DNA of 62,950 nt, the filler included, from Octopus bimaculoides (Eukaryota): assembly GCF_001194135.2 (NCBI RefSeq). It is 7 parts of 7 records of this genome, joined end to end, with 100 filler letters (N's around TTAATTAATTAA, not from the genome) between each part and the next. Parts side by side here need not be neighbours in the genome. Positions count along the whole stretch, not along the records: positions 1 to 25,631 come from NC_068983.1; 6 more parts are not named here. The stretch is one strand, 5' to 3'. A program made the position numbers and the translations under genes. Shown here in pieces: positions 11,149 through 22,321 of this stretch (positions are counted from its first letter, which is position 1; each line of letters starts with the position of its first letter). Below the pieces are notes generated by a model that was not told the DNA's origin, did not search any database, and saw only the letters and a program-made list of their open reading frames with translations.

Positions 11149-12725
11149 CCCCTCCTCCCGTCTCTCCCACCGCCTCCAGCCTCATTGTCCGCACCCCTCG
11201 CACCCACATAATTTACTTCCTCCCTAAAATCCACAAACCTAACAACCCTGGCCCATCGTCTCCGCTTGCAACTGCCCAACCGAACTCATCTCCAGATATC
11301 TTGACCGCATCCTTGCTCCCCTAATGGCTTCCCTCCCCTCTCACATCCATGACACCAACCATGCGCTTCGTTTGTTCAACTCCTTCTCCTTCCCTCCTGG
11401 ACCCTCTAAACTTCTCTTCACTCTCGACATCCAGATCCTTTACACAGTGATCCCTCACCACGATGGGCTGCGTGCACTCGAACATTTTCTTGACCTTCGA
11501 CTCAACCCCCAACCTGACATATCCACACATGTTCGTCTGGCCGAAGTTGGCCTCTCACTCAACTGCTTCTCGTTCGCTGGTGATTTTTACCAGCAGTTCG
11601 GGAATGGCCATGGGAATGAGAATGGGCCCCTAACTATGTGAACCTGTTCGTTGGCTATATATATTCTCCTTTTTCACTGGTTCAACTCCCGAACTGTACG
11701 GCTGTTATATCGACAACTGTATCGGTACGACCTCACTCTCCCATGAACATCAAGACTCCTTCCTCTCTTTTGTCAAATCTTTCCATCCTGCCCTCCACTT
11801 CTCCTGCACTATATCTGATTCTTCTGTTTCCTTTCTTGATATTTCGGTCAGCATTCCTCACTCCACTCTCACCACCTCCATCCACTACAAACACACAGAC
11901 TCACACTCATACCTCAACTTCTCCTCTCACCATGAACACACCAAACTCTCCATCCCCTATTCCAAATTCCTCCATCTACGCAGGCTCTGCAGTGACGACC
12001 GTGACTTTGAGATTCAGTCTCAACTCATGGCTCGCCACTTCATCCTACGTGGATATCCCCTCACCACTATCCACACCACCCTTGCCAGAGCACTTCCGTA
12101 GACCGTGCGTCTGCTTTCCCCCCGCACTCGTCTCCTGTTTCCCCACCTACCACCCCACACCCTACCTCTCCAACGCACCATTCTCCACGCCTTCCGGCGA
12201 CTCCATTGCGACCACTCCACTTCGCACATCTTCCTTAACCGACCCATCCCCTCCTTCAAACGAGACTTCTTGGTCCACAGCTTCTTCCCTAACCCAACCT
12301 CCCAACCCGGCTCGTTCCCCTGCTCCCGCCCACGCTGCCGCACTTGCCCTTACCTCTCCAACACCACCCTCCTCATCGGTACCCGTCATCGACCTTATCA
12401 TATCACCGACTCCTTCACCTGCACTTCTAGCAATGTCATCTACTGCATCTCCTGTTCTCCCTGCCCTTTTCTATACATCGGGCAAACGGGACGCCGTTTG
12501 GCTGACCGGTTCGTGGAATACCTCGGAGACATCCCACTCGACAACGACACCGCGGTTTCGCGCCATTTCCGCTCTACCTGTCACTCTTTACAACACCTGT
12601 CTGTGTTCGGATTGTCCTCGCACAGGGGCCATCCGGACTCTCGTCTTCGCCGGGAACAGGGATTACTCTTTTCACTTCGCTTCTTTGCGCCACCTGGTCT
12701 CAACTCCCCTCCTCTGTTCATCTAA
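11149..12725 (+). mobile_element. Penelope-like retroelement (RT + C-terminal GIY-YIG, Neptune-like), pseudogenised; 5' end lies in a gap
   Basis: RT motifs LPKIHKPNNPG, LFTLDIQILYTVIPH, GMAMGMRMGPNY and LYGCYIDNCIG (YIDD changed to YIDN). Zn-finger/GIY-YIG PCSRPRCRTCP...FTCTSSNVIYCISCSPCPFLYIGQTGRRLADRF (ORF 12105..12725). Several frameshifts; strongly C/T-rich sense strand. Confidence 0.9.
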
Positions 12726-13348
12726 CCCTCCTCCATTCTCCTCTCTTCCTCTCAGACCTACTTTCTCTCACCCACCTTTCCTCTCTTGCTCCTACTCCTA
12801 CTTCTTCTCTTCACTCCTACCCTCCTTCTCTCTCCTCTTCACTCCTAGCCCTCTTCTCTCTTCCCCCTCTCCCTTCATCGTCACCCCTCCCTCGTAACCG
12901 CACACATACACAATCCTACCCCACCTCCCCTATCCATCCCATCCCACCACACACCATCGCTTACACCTACTCCCACATACCTTACCTCTACGCATATTAC
13001 TGTTGTAGAACACGTACTGTGTACACTCCTACAACACCGTTTGCTTTACGCGCTATAAAGGCAGAAGTAAGTCTGTCTTCAACTCAGTCTCGCGCCTGTA
13101 TTTTGCTTATTTCTTATTATTTTTTTCCTTCTGTTTTAGCTCATTTCCATTTATTTCCTTTTTTCCCCTTTCCACCAATGGATAGTTTACTATCTTTATA
13201 TCTTTATATATTTTATCCTTTTATCTACAGACAAATCTTTTGATGATAGTTTACTACATGATGGTCACCAACTGCCTACCCTGAGTAATTAATGACGCCA
13301 CGTGCCTGATATATATATGTCTATACACACGTGTCTGTATGTGCACGC

Positions 13349-13386
<38 letters not shown>

Positions 13387-13394
13387 TTTATAAG

Positions 13395-13960
13395 CAGATT
13401 CAGAAGCGCCGAGTGACTTGGTATTCTACTGAAAATAAAGGCGTTCTCGAACGCAGTGTAGCTGTGAAAGCAAATGAGAAAATTGGATAAATACTCTTAG
13501 ATGGTGTCAGGCTGGCTTTGTAGATTACACCCCTTGAGAGGCAGCTGGTAAGATTACAGCCCTCCTACAGTGTAGCTTGTAGGATCTCAGCAGTACAGGT
13601 TGAGGTTGGATGTTATGCGTGTGCATGTTTACGTCTGTTGTAGCGTGCAGTTTCAGAAGTGATATTGTCTAAACAGGACTAGCTCAGCTTATCGTTATGA
13701 AAATCGAAATTCTTATAGCTCTATAGCCTTCGTGAAAATGTATCTTAATCAATAGACAGGAACTCCTAGTTATGTTGGTAGAAACCTCTAGGTTAAATGG
13801 ATGGTTGATTCTGATTGCTGCGTGAATGAAAGTTAGAGGTCCTCCATATACGCTAGCTTCTCGGAAAATCTGCTCCTCGTTAATGCGTCACTGTAGTTGC
13901 TGGAGGCTCTGTTGAAGATTTCCTTATCTCAAAATCTTAGATATTCTCCTGCTAACGCCT
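13395..13960 (-). mobile_element. Degenerate 3' fragment of a second Penelope-like element (Poseidon-like)
   Basis: Frameshifted - strand translation gives DKEIFNRASSNYSDALTRSRFSEKLAYMED, NHPFNLEVSTNITR and CLSRGVIYKA, resembling the RT linker and GIY-YIG start of Poseidon-type elements. Confidence 0.6.
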
Positions 13961-14110
13961 AAAACTAAGTTTCTAATTACATCGAGGGTGGAAACTTGAG
14001 CTTCTATGTATGTATGTATGTATGTATGTATGTATGTATGTATGTATGTATGTATGTATGTATGTCATGTAATGTGTATTTTCTTAATTGTACTCATTCT
14101 TTCAATTCAG

Positions 14111-15298
14111 GATCCGGACACGGCAACTTATACATTACCAACGTTCACATACAACCATTCAAAAGTAAATTTTGTTGAGCTCCCCGATCTACATGAGAAC
14201 TCCCTGTCTAAAAGAGACGCTAAGAAATGTTCTCACCCTTCTTTGTTTTCTGAATCACTTTCTGAAATATCAGAACAACATTCATCGAACAGACAGATTA
14301 ACAATGACAGTAATGAGCTCAGTTCTTGCTCGGATGACATCTACAAGAATTCTACTAAAGAGGGCCACCAAGATATTAGCCCAGAACAATGTAATCGTAA
14401 AGGTGAGCTCCTTGTTCCTGGAATACGTTCTTTTATAAATTATTTGTATATGAATCAAGAATTACCAGACCCTAACAATGAGAATACCTCACAGCTTGAC
14501 TCCAGAGAAAATAGTACTGAAAACCAAGCAGATAAGAATTCAGACAACAACCTTCTTCACAGTCAGCATAATCATAATCATCATCTTACGACTACTTCTT
14601 TTCCATCTCCTACTCCTACCCCTCATACTGATCATCATCATTATCATCTCCAACCGCAACTACAAGACAGTCCACGTCAATCAAATCCACAAAGCCAACA
14701 ACAAAGCCGCAGTAGAAGTAGTAGCAGCAGTAGCAGCAGTAGTAACAACATTAAAAACCACAATAACAACAGTCACAATCAACAACAACCAAATATGCTG
14801 GAGTTGCTGCAACTTGATAGTCTTACTAAAACTTCCGATTTTCAAAATGGTGAAGATAAAACAAACTGTCGGAAACAACAACAAATACAACTGCAGCAAC
14901 AGCAGCAACAACAACAACATCAGCAGCAACAGAAACAACAACAACAACAACAGGAGTTACAGCTACAGCAGCAGCAAAACTTAACTGAGCAAGAAGACGA
15001 TTTGAATAATAAACAACAAAATGAAGAACCGCTCCAACAACAGCTAGAACAACTTCAAGAAACTGAAGAATATGACCGTTATAATGCTGATTCTTTCTCT
15101 TTGTCACCTACAAAGGTACCATTGCTTTCATCCACAGACTCTGATGTAAGTAATTATGAAAATGATAGCTTTCCTAAGAATTCACGTTGTAAAAGTCTTC
15201 GAAAATCATCGCAAAACTCAAACTATATTCCGATGAGAAAGGTACAGGATAGCCCAACCGAATCAAAATACAGCAATCTTGATACAAACTCTATTTAA
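14111..15298 (+). CDS. ALK: ALK/LTK-family kinase terminal exon, 395-aa low-complexity cytoplasmic tail
   Basis: Acceptor ttctttcaattcag, phase 0, begins DPDTATYTLPTF (ALK DPDVINTALP). Open to TAA at 15296-15298. Contains poly-Q, His-, Ser- and Asn-rich tracts. Confidence 0.85.
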   Translation, partial: DPDTATYTLPTFTYNHSKVNFVELPDLHENSLSKRDAKKCSHPSLFSESLSEISEQHSSNRQINNDSNELSSCSDDIYKNSTKEGHQDISPEQCNRKGELLVPGIRSFINYLYMNQELPDPNNENTSQLDSRENSTENQADKNSDNNLLHSQHNHNHHLTTTSFPSPTPTPHTDHHHYHLQPQLQDSPRQSNPQSQQQSRSRSSSSSSSSSNNIKNHNNNSHNQQQPNMLELLQLDSLTKTSDFQNGEDKTNCRKQQQIQLQQQQQQQQHQQQQKQQQQQQELQLQQQQNLTEQEDDLNNKQQNEEPLQQQLEQLQETEEYDRYNADSFSLSPTKVPLLSSTDSDVSNYENDSFPKNSRCKSLRKSSQNSNYIPMRKVQDSPTESKYSNLDTNSI

Positions 15299-15944
15299 TT
15301 AATCAAGTCGTAGATAAAAGCGATTCTAGCAGTTCAAAGTGAAGTAACTGCATTTATTAGAGATCGGTTTATCAACGAAATATATTACAACTGAGCATCA
15401 TTTTTAAAAACAGGGAAAAGAAAAAGAAAGAAAAGAAACTGAAAAAATTAAAGACCTTTAAGGCGGCGGGGAATATAGTATTGTTGTTGTTATTGTTATT
15501 ACTATGACCATGTTAGAAATTAATATTTTATGTAATGTTAAAAATCATTATTACTGTTATTAATACATGATTACATTTTTTGTTTAAAAAAGCGAAACGT
15601 GTCTACTAATGAAAAGATAACAATCAATGAAAGAAATCGAAAGTGAGATAAAAATCCGGAAACACAAATCACATTTCTTCATTGACTGCTGAATGTAATA
15701 ACCAATCTATTGTGTGTTCTCAACAAACATATACCTCCTACGTCAGCATCTTCATTCCAGTGTGCATCAAACTTTATGAAACCGTTTTGTATCCTAACCA
15801 TTCGTGACTTGCCTCTATTTTGCTTCGGCTTCAATTAGTTCTAACACAATGATGAGTCTAGTGATCTTCAGCCACGTCATGTCACTTTAAAGAAACCTAT
15901 CTGTAGTTTATTTTATGACCTATAATCAACAAATTAAATTGTAT

Positions 15945-16935
15945 TATTATCATTGCTATTATTGTTGTTATTACTATTGTGTTATGTTTCGGTTTTGCTT
16001 TAATTTAAATGAGTTGTACCAAAGTCTCAACCAGAGACGTCAAAGGACAATACCGTTTTGTATCTGAAGCTGCCATCAAGAGAGGTGCTATGCAACTAAA
16101 AACGCTGATGCCTGTGGAAGAGAAAAAATCAAAGTAAGGTTTCATTGACATGGGGGGGGGGAGGGTTACAAGTAGCCATAACTATAATATGAGGTAGCCA
16201 TAACTATAATATTTTGCAATTCGTTTCTTTTGGAGTTGTCAGGAATTTGGTCTAGATACTTGTTTGCTCATCTTGATATCACTCCAAGTGTCCCAATATT
16301 AATACGGAACCTTGTTTTGAGATGCCACATTTTTCTGATTTCAATTTCCTGGTCCTAATATTTCTTCAGTTTTTCAAAGGTTTTCAGAGATTTGCTTTTG
16401 TCGGCTGGGGTTGAAACACCAATCACACAAGGCTTTTCAGTATGATAATTTTCACAATGAGATCGGGTCGGTTTGCTTGTATTTCCCGATCAGTCGTAAA
16501 GGATGGTATCCTTGGTGTCCTGTGTAATTTGTGGTAGTTTGGATTCCTACCAATTGTTCATGTGAAGGAGGTGTTAAGTGCGGCATATTGACCACGTATG
16601 CACTGAGCTGCCCTGTCATATCTTTGCAAGTATTCTGTTGGTGCCAGTCTGATGTATCCAGAGATTATGCAGTCGAATATATCTGGGTGATCTCCGTATA
16701 CGCAGCATGATGAGCTGTTTTGATATTTCAGGACATTACTCACGTAATTCTTAGTTGGAAGGAGATGGTCCTGATCAGCAATGACATACTCCTCAGTTTC
16801 TGGTTTGAGACCGAAGCATAACAGCTACGGATGGATAAGGGCTTGACCTACACCAATTTTGGGTGATGCATACAGTGCATCGTCACCAGCTTTGGTATTG
16901 TGACATACTTCACAGAAGGACCAGTATTTAATATT
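15945..16935 (-). mobile_element. R4/Dong-like RLE LINE 3' fragment a
   Basis: - strand peptides GLKPETEEYVIADQDHLLPTKNY, a degenerate zinc knuckle CCVYGDHPDIFDCIISG...YLQRYDRAAQ, the RLE motif TDREIQANRPDLIVK, GTLGVI and ELQNIIVMAT. The 3' end runs into a degenerate (AAT)n tract. Confidence 0.8.
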
Positions 16936-16942
16936 GAAGCTG

Positions 16943-17295
16943 TATTATTATTGTCTTCTCTTTATCACAGATTTTTCTGGACCTCCTGGAGCCTTACATG
17001 CGTAGCGGGCTTACTACCTGCAGTCTACAGTACCGTGCTATTCGTTCTTTTCAGCTATCTGATACCTTCCTGATTATTCTGGCCGTGCCAAAAGGGATAA
17101 ATCTTTTGTAACAGTTCTACTGGACACTCTATTCCAATTTCCTTTGTATTCCCCTTGATTCCTTCTGATACTGTTCCCAAGCACCCAACAATAATTGGCA
17201 CTATCTTCACCTTCTTCAATTTCCATTGCCAGGCTGTTTCGTACATAAGAGGGTTGGATTTAACTATCTTTTCACCTTGCTTCTTGAATATTCGT

Positions 17296-17297
<2 letters not shown>
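16943..17297 (-). mobile_element. R4/Dong-like RLE LINE 3' fragment b
   Basis: WKLKKVKIVPIIVGCLGTVSEGIKG...IECPVELLQKI, then a 3' UTR ending in (AAT)n. The 5' end abuts the (ATT)n tract at 17298-17343. Confidence 0.8.
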
Positions 17298-17343
<46 letters not shown>

Positions 17344-17956
17344 GTGAATGGGAGATTTAAGCATGCCATCAAAGTGACACTGGGGGTTACTCCACCCAAA
17401 AAGAGACACAGACAGACTGTATATACCAAGAAAAAGAGGGGGAAGAGGACTTATTGGATGCGAATACAGCGTTAGAGCAGAAGAAAACAACATAGCATGA
17501 TATGTAAAAAAAAATGCCACAGAACCGCTATTATTAGAAGTAAGAAGATCGGGCTTGTGTAGGATGAAAGATTCCAAAGATAAGAACTATACAAGAAATT
17601 GAAAGTGAATGAAACTGAAAATAGGTGAGTAAAGAAAAGAATGCATGGTCAATTTCATAGGGATGTTGAAGATAAAACAGGTTAGCTTGGGAGGTTAAGC
17701 AGTTGTGGTTGCTGAAAAAACTGGTAGTAGTACCAATAATTGTCGGAACCCTGGGAACAGTAAGCAAAAATCTCGAGAAGTACGTGGAACAAATAGGGGC
17801 TGCAATAAGGGTAGAGCAATTGCAGAAAACAGCACAACTTGGAACCGCTCGAATACTTGGAAGGTGCTCGAAAAATAAGAAGTGTTACCTTAGTTCACTG
17901 GTAGTGAACAACTAACACTGTAGTATTATCTCCAGTGTTAGAAGCTGTGCAAAAGC

Positions 17957-18045
<89 letters not shown>

Positions 18046-18057
18046 CNNNNNNNNNNC

Positions 18058-18128
<71 letters not shown>
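17344..18128 (+). mobile_element. R4/Dong-like RLE LINE fragment c, internally deleted, with (CAA)n tail
   Basis: HPKRDTDRLYIPRKRGGRGLIGCEYSVRAEENN and MHGQFHRDVEDK are joined directly to WLLKKLVVVPIIVGTLGTVSKNL...LQKTAQLGTARIL. (CAA)n runs 17956-18128. Confidence 0.8.
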
Positions 18129-19344
18129 CTTTTCTTATTGTTTCTTTACTTTCTGGAGGAGTAACATCAGTCCTTTAAATATTACCAAAATGAAGTAGAT
18201 TGTGATGTTTATTTTGAACTTGTGGGAGACATACGAGATGTCAAAATATTGTTCATTCGGTAACAGTCATATATGTTTTTACATATATATAAACGTGTGT
18301 GGTGTATGCATGTTTCTTCGCCTAAGCAGCTGGTGTTGGTTTGTTAATATCTCTTTAAAGTAGCTGTTTGGCAATGGAGAAAGTTTGAGTAAGTGCAAGA
18401 TTTTAGAAAATAAGTACTGGGTTTGATTTGTTCTTCATGGCAGAGCTCCAGCATGGCTGTAGTCCAATGAGAAAAACAAAGTAAAAGATAAAAAACTGAT
18501 TGTTATTAGGCGTTTTAGTGTTCAGCAGTAACTATGTAGAGTATCTGTGTATGATACATTAATATGAAGAGCGTGTGTCGCACAAGTTAATAAAGTGTGG
18601 CACATCATTTATGCTAATAAATATACGTTGGTTTATTTGGTGGTATTTCATCGACCTGAGTTGTGTGAGTTATTCCATTGGGAAGTTATTGTATGATGTA
18701 TGTGTTGTATGTAGAGTGTACTGTTTGAGCTGGGCTACTAAACTGATAATATGTTGCAAAGACGTGAACTGTGCTTAGCAGGTAATTCTCTTGGACTGTG
18801 TGTAACACCAGGAGACCTTATATATCTTGCATGATTTTGTTTATCGTACGCTATGGCATCGAACCCAGGACTTTGTGGTTAAGAAACAAATTCGTTTATA
18901 CTACGTCCATTGTCTGTAGATATACAAAAATTGATTGAGAAAGTAGGCTCAGTCGCTCGAACAGTAACGGAAGATCCATCATTCATATTTTAAAAAACAA
19001 AGGGAACTAGTGAAAGAGCCTTCACACAGATACTTGAACTTATCGAATTAACAACCAAATCTCTTTTCACCATCGCATTGCCGCGAGAAGTTTTAGGTAC
19101 ATTATGACAGAACAAAAATATATGTTATTGTTATGAAAACTATGAGAAGCAAATTTTATTACCAAACAAGCATCAACAAAACTTTATATAATTGTTTTTA
19201 CACGAAACAGAACTACAATAAATTAATCAAAACATAATAGTAAAATGTAAACCGGAAGTGAAAAATAGCTTTCTGATACTATACTCAATGGTTAACAGAG
19301 ATAATATTATAATATAACTTGGCTTGAAAAACTCTACATCTACT

Positions 19345-19700
19345 CTATACGCCTTCTATGATTCTGAAAGATCTCAGATGGCCCTCATTTCCACATGTAT
19401 AGCAGTTAAGCATTCTCTTCGACACCACCAATGCCATGGCCTTTTCTTCACCACCGACGGGCACAAAATCGAAATACCCCTGTATAGTCTTTCGAGTGTA
19501 AATCAACATAATTTGCCTGTCCATCAAATTCCCATTCAATCTACATGTCATTCCTAGTTACCTCAACGCTCCTACCTCCCCAGGCTGTGCTGCAAAGCTG
19601 ACGACAAACCAAGTGTCAACTTCATTGTCAACATCCTTCATTGTGGCTCTCGAATTTTGTCGCTCCATATATTCTGACACTAGCGTTTGGGCAGCAGTAC
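19345..19700 (-). pseudogene. Degenerate retroelement ORF1/gag-like fragment with a CCHC-type zinc knuckle
   Basis: One frame with a single stop, ending KAMALVVSKRMLNCYTCGNEGHLRSFR (CX2CX4H; the final C is absent). Confidence 0.5.
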
Positions 19701-20723
19701 ACAGCGCAGCAGTATGCATAGTATCAGTGTATGACACACCAGTTCGGTTTGCTTCTTTGCTCCACCCTCAAACTTAAAATCTGTGCATCTTGTCCATTTA
19801 GTAATTTTTTAAAGTGCATAACATTAGCAAAAAGAGAGATTATTGTCATTGCGATGCAGTCGTTGCTCTTTTTACGCGTATAATTATAGAATTTATTCCA
19901 GTAGGTGAAGGCTTCACTCTCCTAACAATGACAAGCCAGGAACTTTGAGAAATTATCCATAATTTATTAGCTCGAAATCTACATTAAGTGAGAACTCAGA
20001 CTTTCTTCATCTACACTCACAATCGCTCCTTGATCATTGTGTCATAAACCTTCAGTTAACCTTGTACAGTATATTAAGTTTGACGCTCCACCGATCACAT
20101 TGTTCACCTAGTGGAATGCATGAAAATATAATTGCAGTCAATAGGAGAAAAGTCTAAGAGAAAAAGTAATACATTAGGAAGCGTTGATTATGACTATAAT
20201 CTAAAGATTAAAATCGTTAATAGTTTTCAAATCGATAGAGAATCTTTCTGCAGTATAATGAAAGATCACTGTGATAAAATTGTCGATGTTATTGAAAGAA
20301 GTCGTTAACTATTATAGACATACTGACAACAGATGTGAACACCAATATTCTCAGGGTATGTTAAATAATTTACTTAATACATGATGGTAGCAGCCGTCAT
20401 GAAGGTCTGTGCCTCCTTAATATTTCTTGATCAAACCAAAACACTAGCAAGCCTGAAAACCAAGCATAGACTGCAAGAGAGTAAGACATACGATAAAAGA
20501 ATATATTGCAATACGTTAATGAGTTTGCGAATGAAAAAGCAAATATCAAAAAGGAAACAGAAACAAACATTACAGAAATACAATATAGATGAGTAAAGGA
20601 AAAAAAAAACAAGAGTGGAAGCTCGTTTGATATGAAAGGCCGTTGTTAAATCGCAAACACTCGATCGTTATGGAGGCTGGTAACACTTCTTTAAATAAAA
20701 CAATCCACTCATCTCCAAACAAA

Positions 20724-20819
20724 TTACGATTTTACAAAACTTGCATAGACAAAAATCAATATGGAAGCCAACATCAAGGAAAGTAGAATATTTGTGGTTG
20801 ATATAAGTACATCGGATTG
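20724..20819 (-). CDS. Candidate terminal exon of an unidentified gene (hydrophobic TM/GPI-signal-like tail)
   Basis: Acceptor ctactccttcag, phase 0; translates QSDVLISTTNILLSLMLASILIFVYASFVKS*. No family recognised. Confidence 0.45.
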   Translation of the reverse strand, partial: QSDVLISTTNILLSLMLASILIFVYASFVKS

Positions 20820-21057
20820 CTGAAGGAGTAGATGTTAAAAACAAGAGTAGAGCAAATAAAAAAGGAAAGAGAAGCTCAGACGCAAGAAAAAAAAAACAGA
20901 CAAAGAAATAGCTTTAGAATGGTTAAAGTATCAAACAAGTGCATTAGTCATGAATGGTACCTGAATGATTCGCTGAGAAAAGTACATTTTTCTTTGTAAC
21001 TGGTTAAAACACTAAAACAATTAAATCTTAGAAGCATAATCTTCCTGGTTGCCTCAC

Positions 21058-21105
21058 ACATCCTAAGCCTGGGCAGTAATGGTCTTTCAAACGATAAATA
21101 TTTAC
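21058..21105 (-). CDS. Candidate 48-nt internal exon of the same gene
   Basis: Acceptor tttcttttcttag and donor gtgagg; phase 0 to 0; VNIYRLKDHYCPGLGC. Confidence 0.45.
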
Positions 21106-21770
21106 CTAAGAAAAGAAACATAATTCCAGAATAAAAAAAAAATCTTTTCTGGAATGTTGCAAATGTTCATAGAAATGCAAAGATCAGCTACATATCAATC
21201 AAGTTATAAATAACTAAAGCCTGTCGTGTGAAAGATAAAGGTCTGAACACGGAATAAATTTGGAATCTGAAAACATGAACCAGGAAAAAGACGAAACAGG
21301 TTCATCAAACACATAACTGAACTGAAAACAGTTGTACAACTCCAAATGGAGTGTGAAAATGGAACTAACCCTCATTGTAAATGAATACTCCAAACAATAT
21401 AATCTAGGTACAAATGCTCTGAGATGACAATCTCCCATCTTTTATATGTATGGATGGCATTACGTTTTACATTGCAGATAATAAGCAGCCGAGAAAAGTC
21501 TGTTATATACAGGATACGGACGCGATGTTAAGGAATTGGCATGAAATTTACTTTGAATGTGCCAAGTTAATAATGAAGAGAGGGAAATTAATGAAAGCAT
21601 TAATATCATGTTAGAATAAAACGAACACAGATTACTAATACTTAGAAATTAATAGACCGCACATTGAAGAAGAATGAACAAAAGGTTTAGGAAAAATTAT
21701 AATTAAACGTTTTCGATAAATGATTAAAAACTGAGCTAAATACCAAAATTAAGGTAATATATAATCTTAC

Positions 21771-21791
21771 CGCAGCTGTTCCGGTGATAAT
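21771..21791 (-). CDS. Candidate 21-nt microexon
   Basis: Acceptor tttaactgtag and donor gtaaga; frame-preserving; IITGTAA. Confidence 0.3.
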
Positions 21792-21892
21792 CTACAGTTA
21801 AATCATTCGTCAATGGAAAGTAAATGAATAAGATCTTGACTGGAAAGCAAGGAAAACAATCTAGTTCAAATAGGTCATTAAAAAAAACTTAC

Positions 21893-21933
21893 AAATCGAG
21901 ATAATTTTGACCAGAAAGTAGGACCATCTGCAC
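21893..21933 (-). CDS. Candidate 41-nt internal exon
   Basis: Acceptor gtttttcag and donor gtaagt; phase 1 to 0; (x)ADGPTFWSKLSRF, in frame with the downstream candidates. Confidence 0.45.
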
Positions 21934-21965
21934 CTGAAAAACTTATATAAAATATTAACTGAATA

Positions 21966-22321
21966 CCTTTATTCTTTTACCCGTTTCAGTCGTTTGACCG
22001 CGGTCATGCTGGGGCACCACCTTTAGTCGAAGAAATCGACCCCAGGTCTCTTTTGCCGAACCGCTAAGTATCTGGGACATAAACACACCAACATCGATTG
22101 CCAAGCTATGGCAGGAGGACAAACACAAACACACATAAATATGTATGCATATATATACCCGACGAGCTTCTTTCAGTTTCCGGCTACCAAATCCACTCAC
22201 AAAGCTTTGTCGGTCCGAGGATATAGTAGAAGGGACTTGCCCAAGGTGCCACGCAGCGGGACTGAACCTGAACCATATGATTGGGAAGCAAGCTCCTTAC
22301 CATACAGCTACGCCTGCGCCT
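21966..22321 (-). mobile_element. Family A tRNA/CORE-like SINE, near full length
   Basis: Reverse complement aligns with 55307-55730: tRNA-like head, caccttgggcaag CORE-like segment, internal TA/TG tract, tail ending gactgaaac. Confidence 0.85.

Noticed and set aside
14006-14110. ATG start of ORF 14006..15298 as a single-exon 430-aa gene
   Set aside because: The first 35 codons are a (TATG)n tract and polypyrimidine acceptor. The real coding start is the splice site at 14111, in frame with the kinase exons.
16172-16212. Duplicated gtagccataactataatat resembling the 28S rDNA R2 target (AAGGTAGCCA)
   Set aside because: On the - strand it encodes the LINE's own IIVMAT segment and is a local tandem duplication; no rDNA flanks it.
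21058-21105. DHYC as a DHHC palmitoyltransferase motif
   Set aside because: The Cys-rich domain spacing and flanking motifs are absent, and the protein appears to end about 35 residues later.
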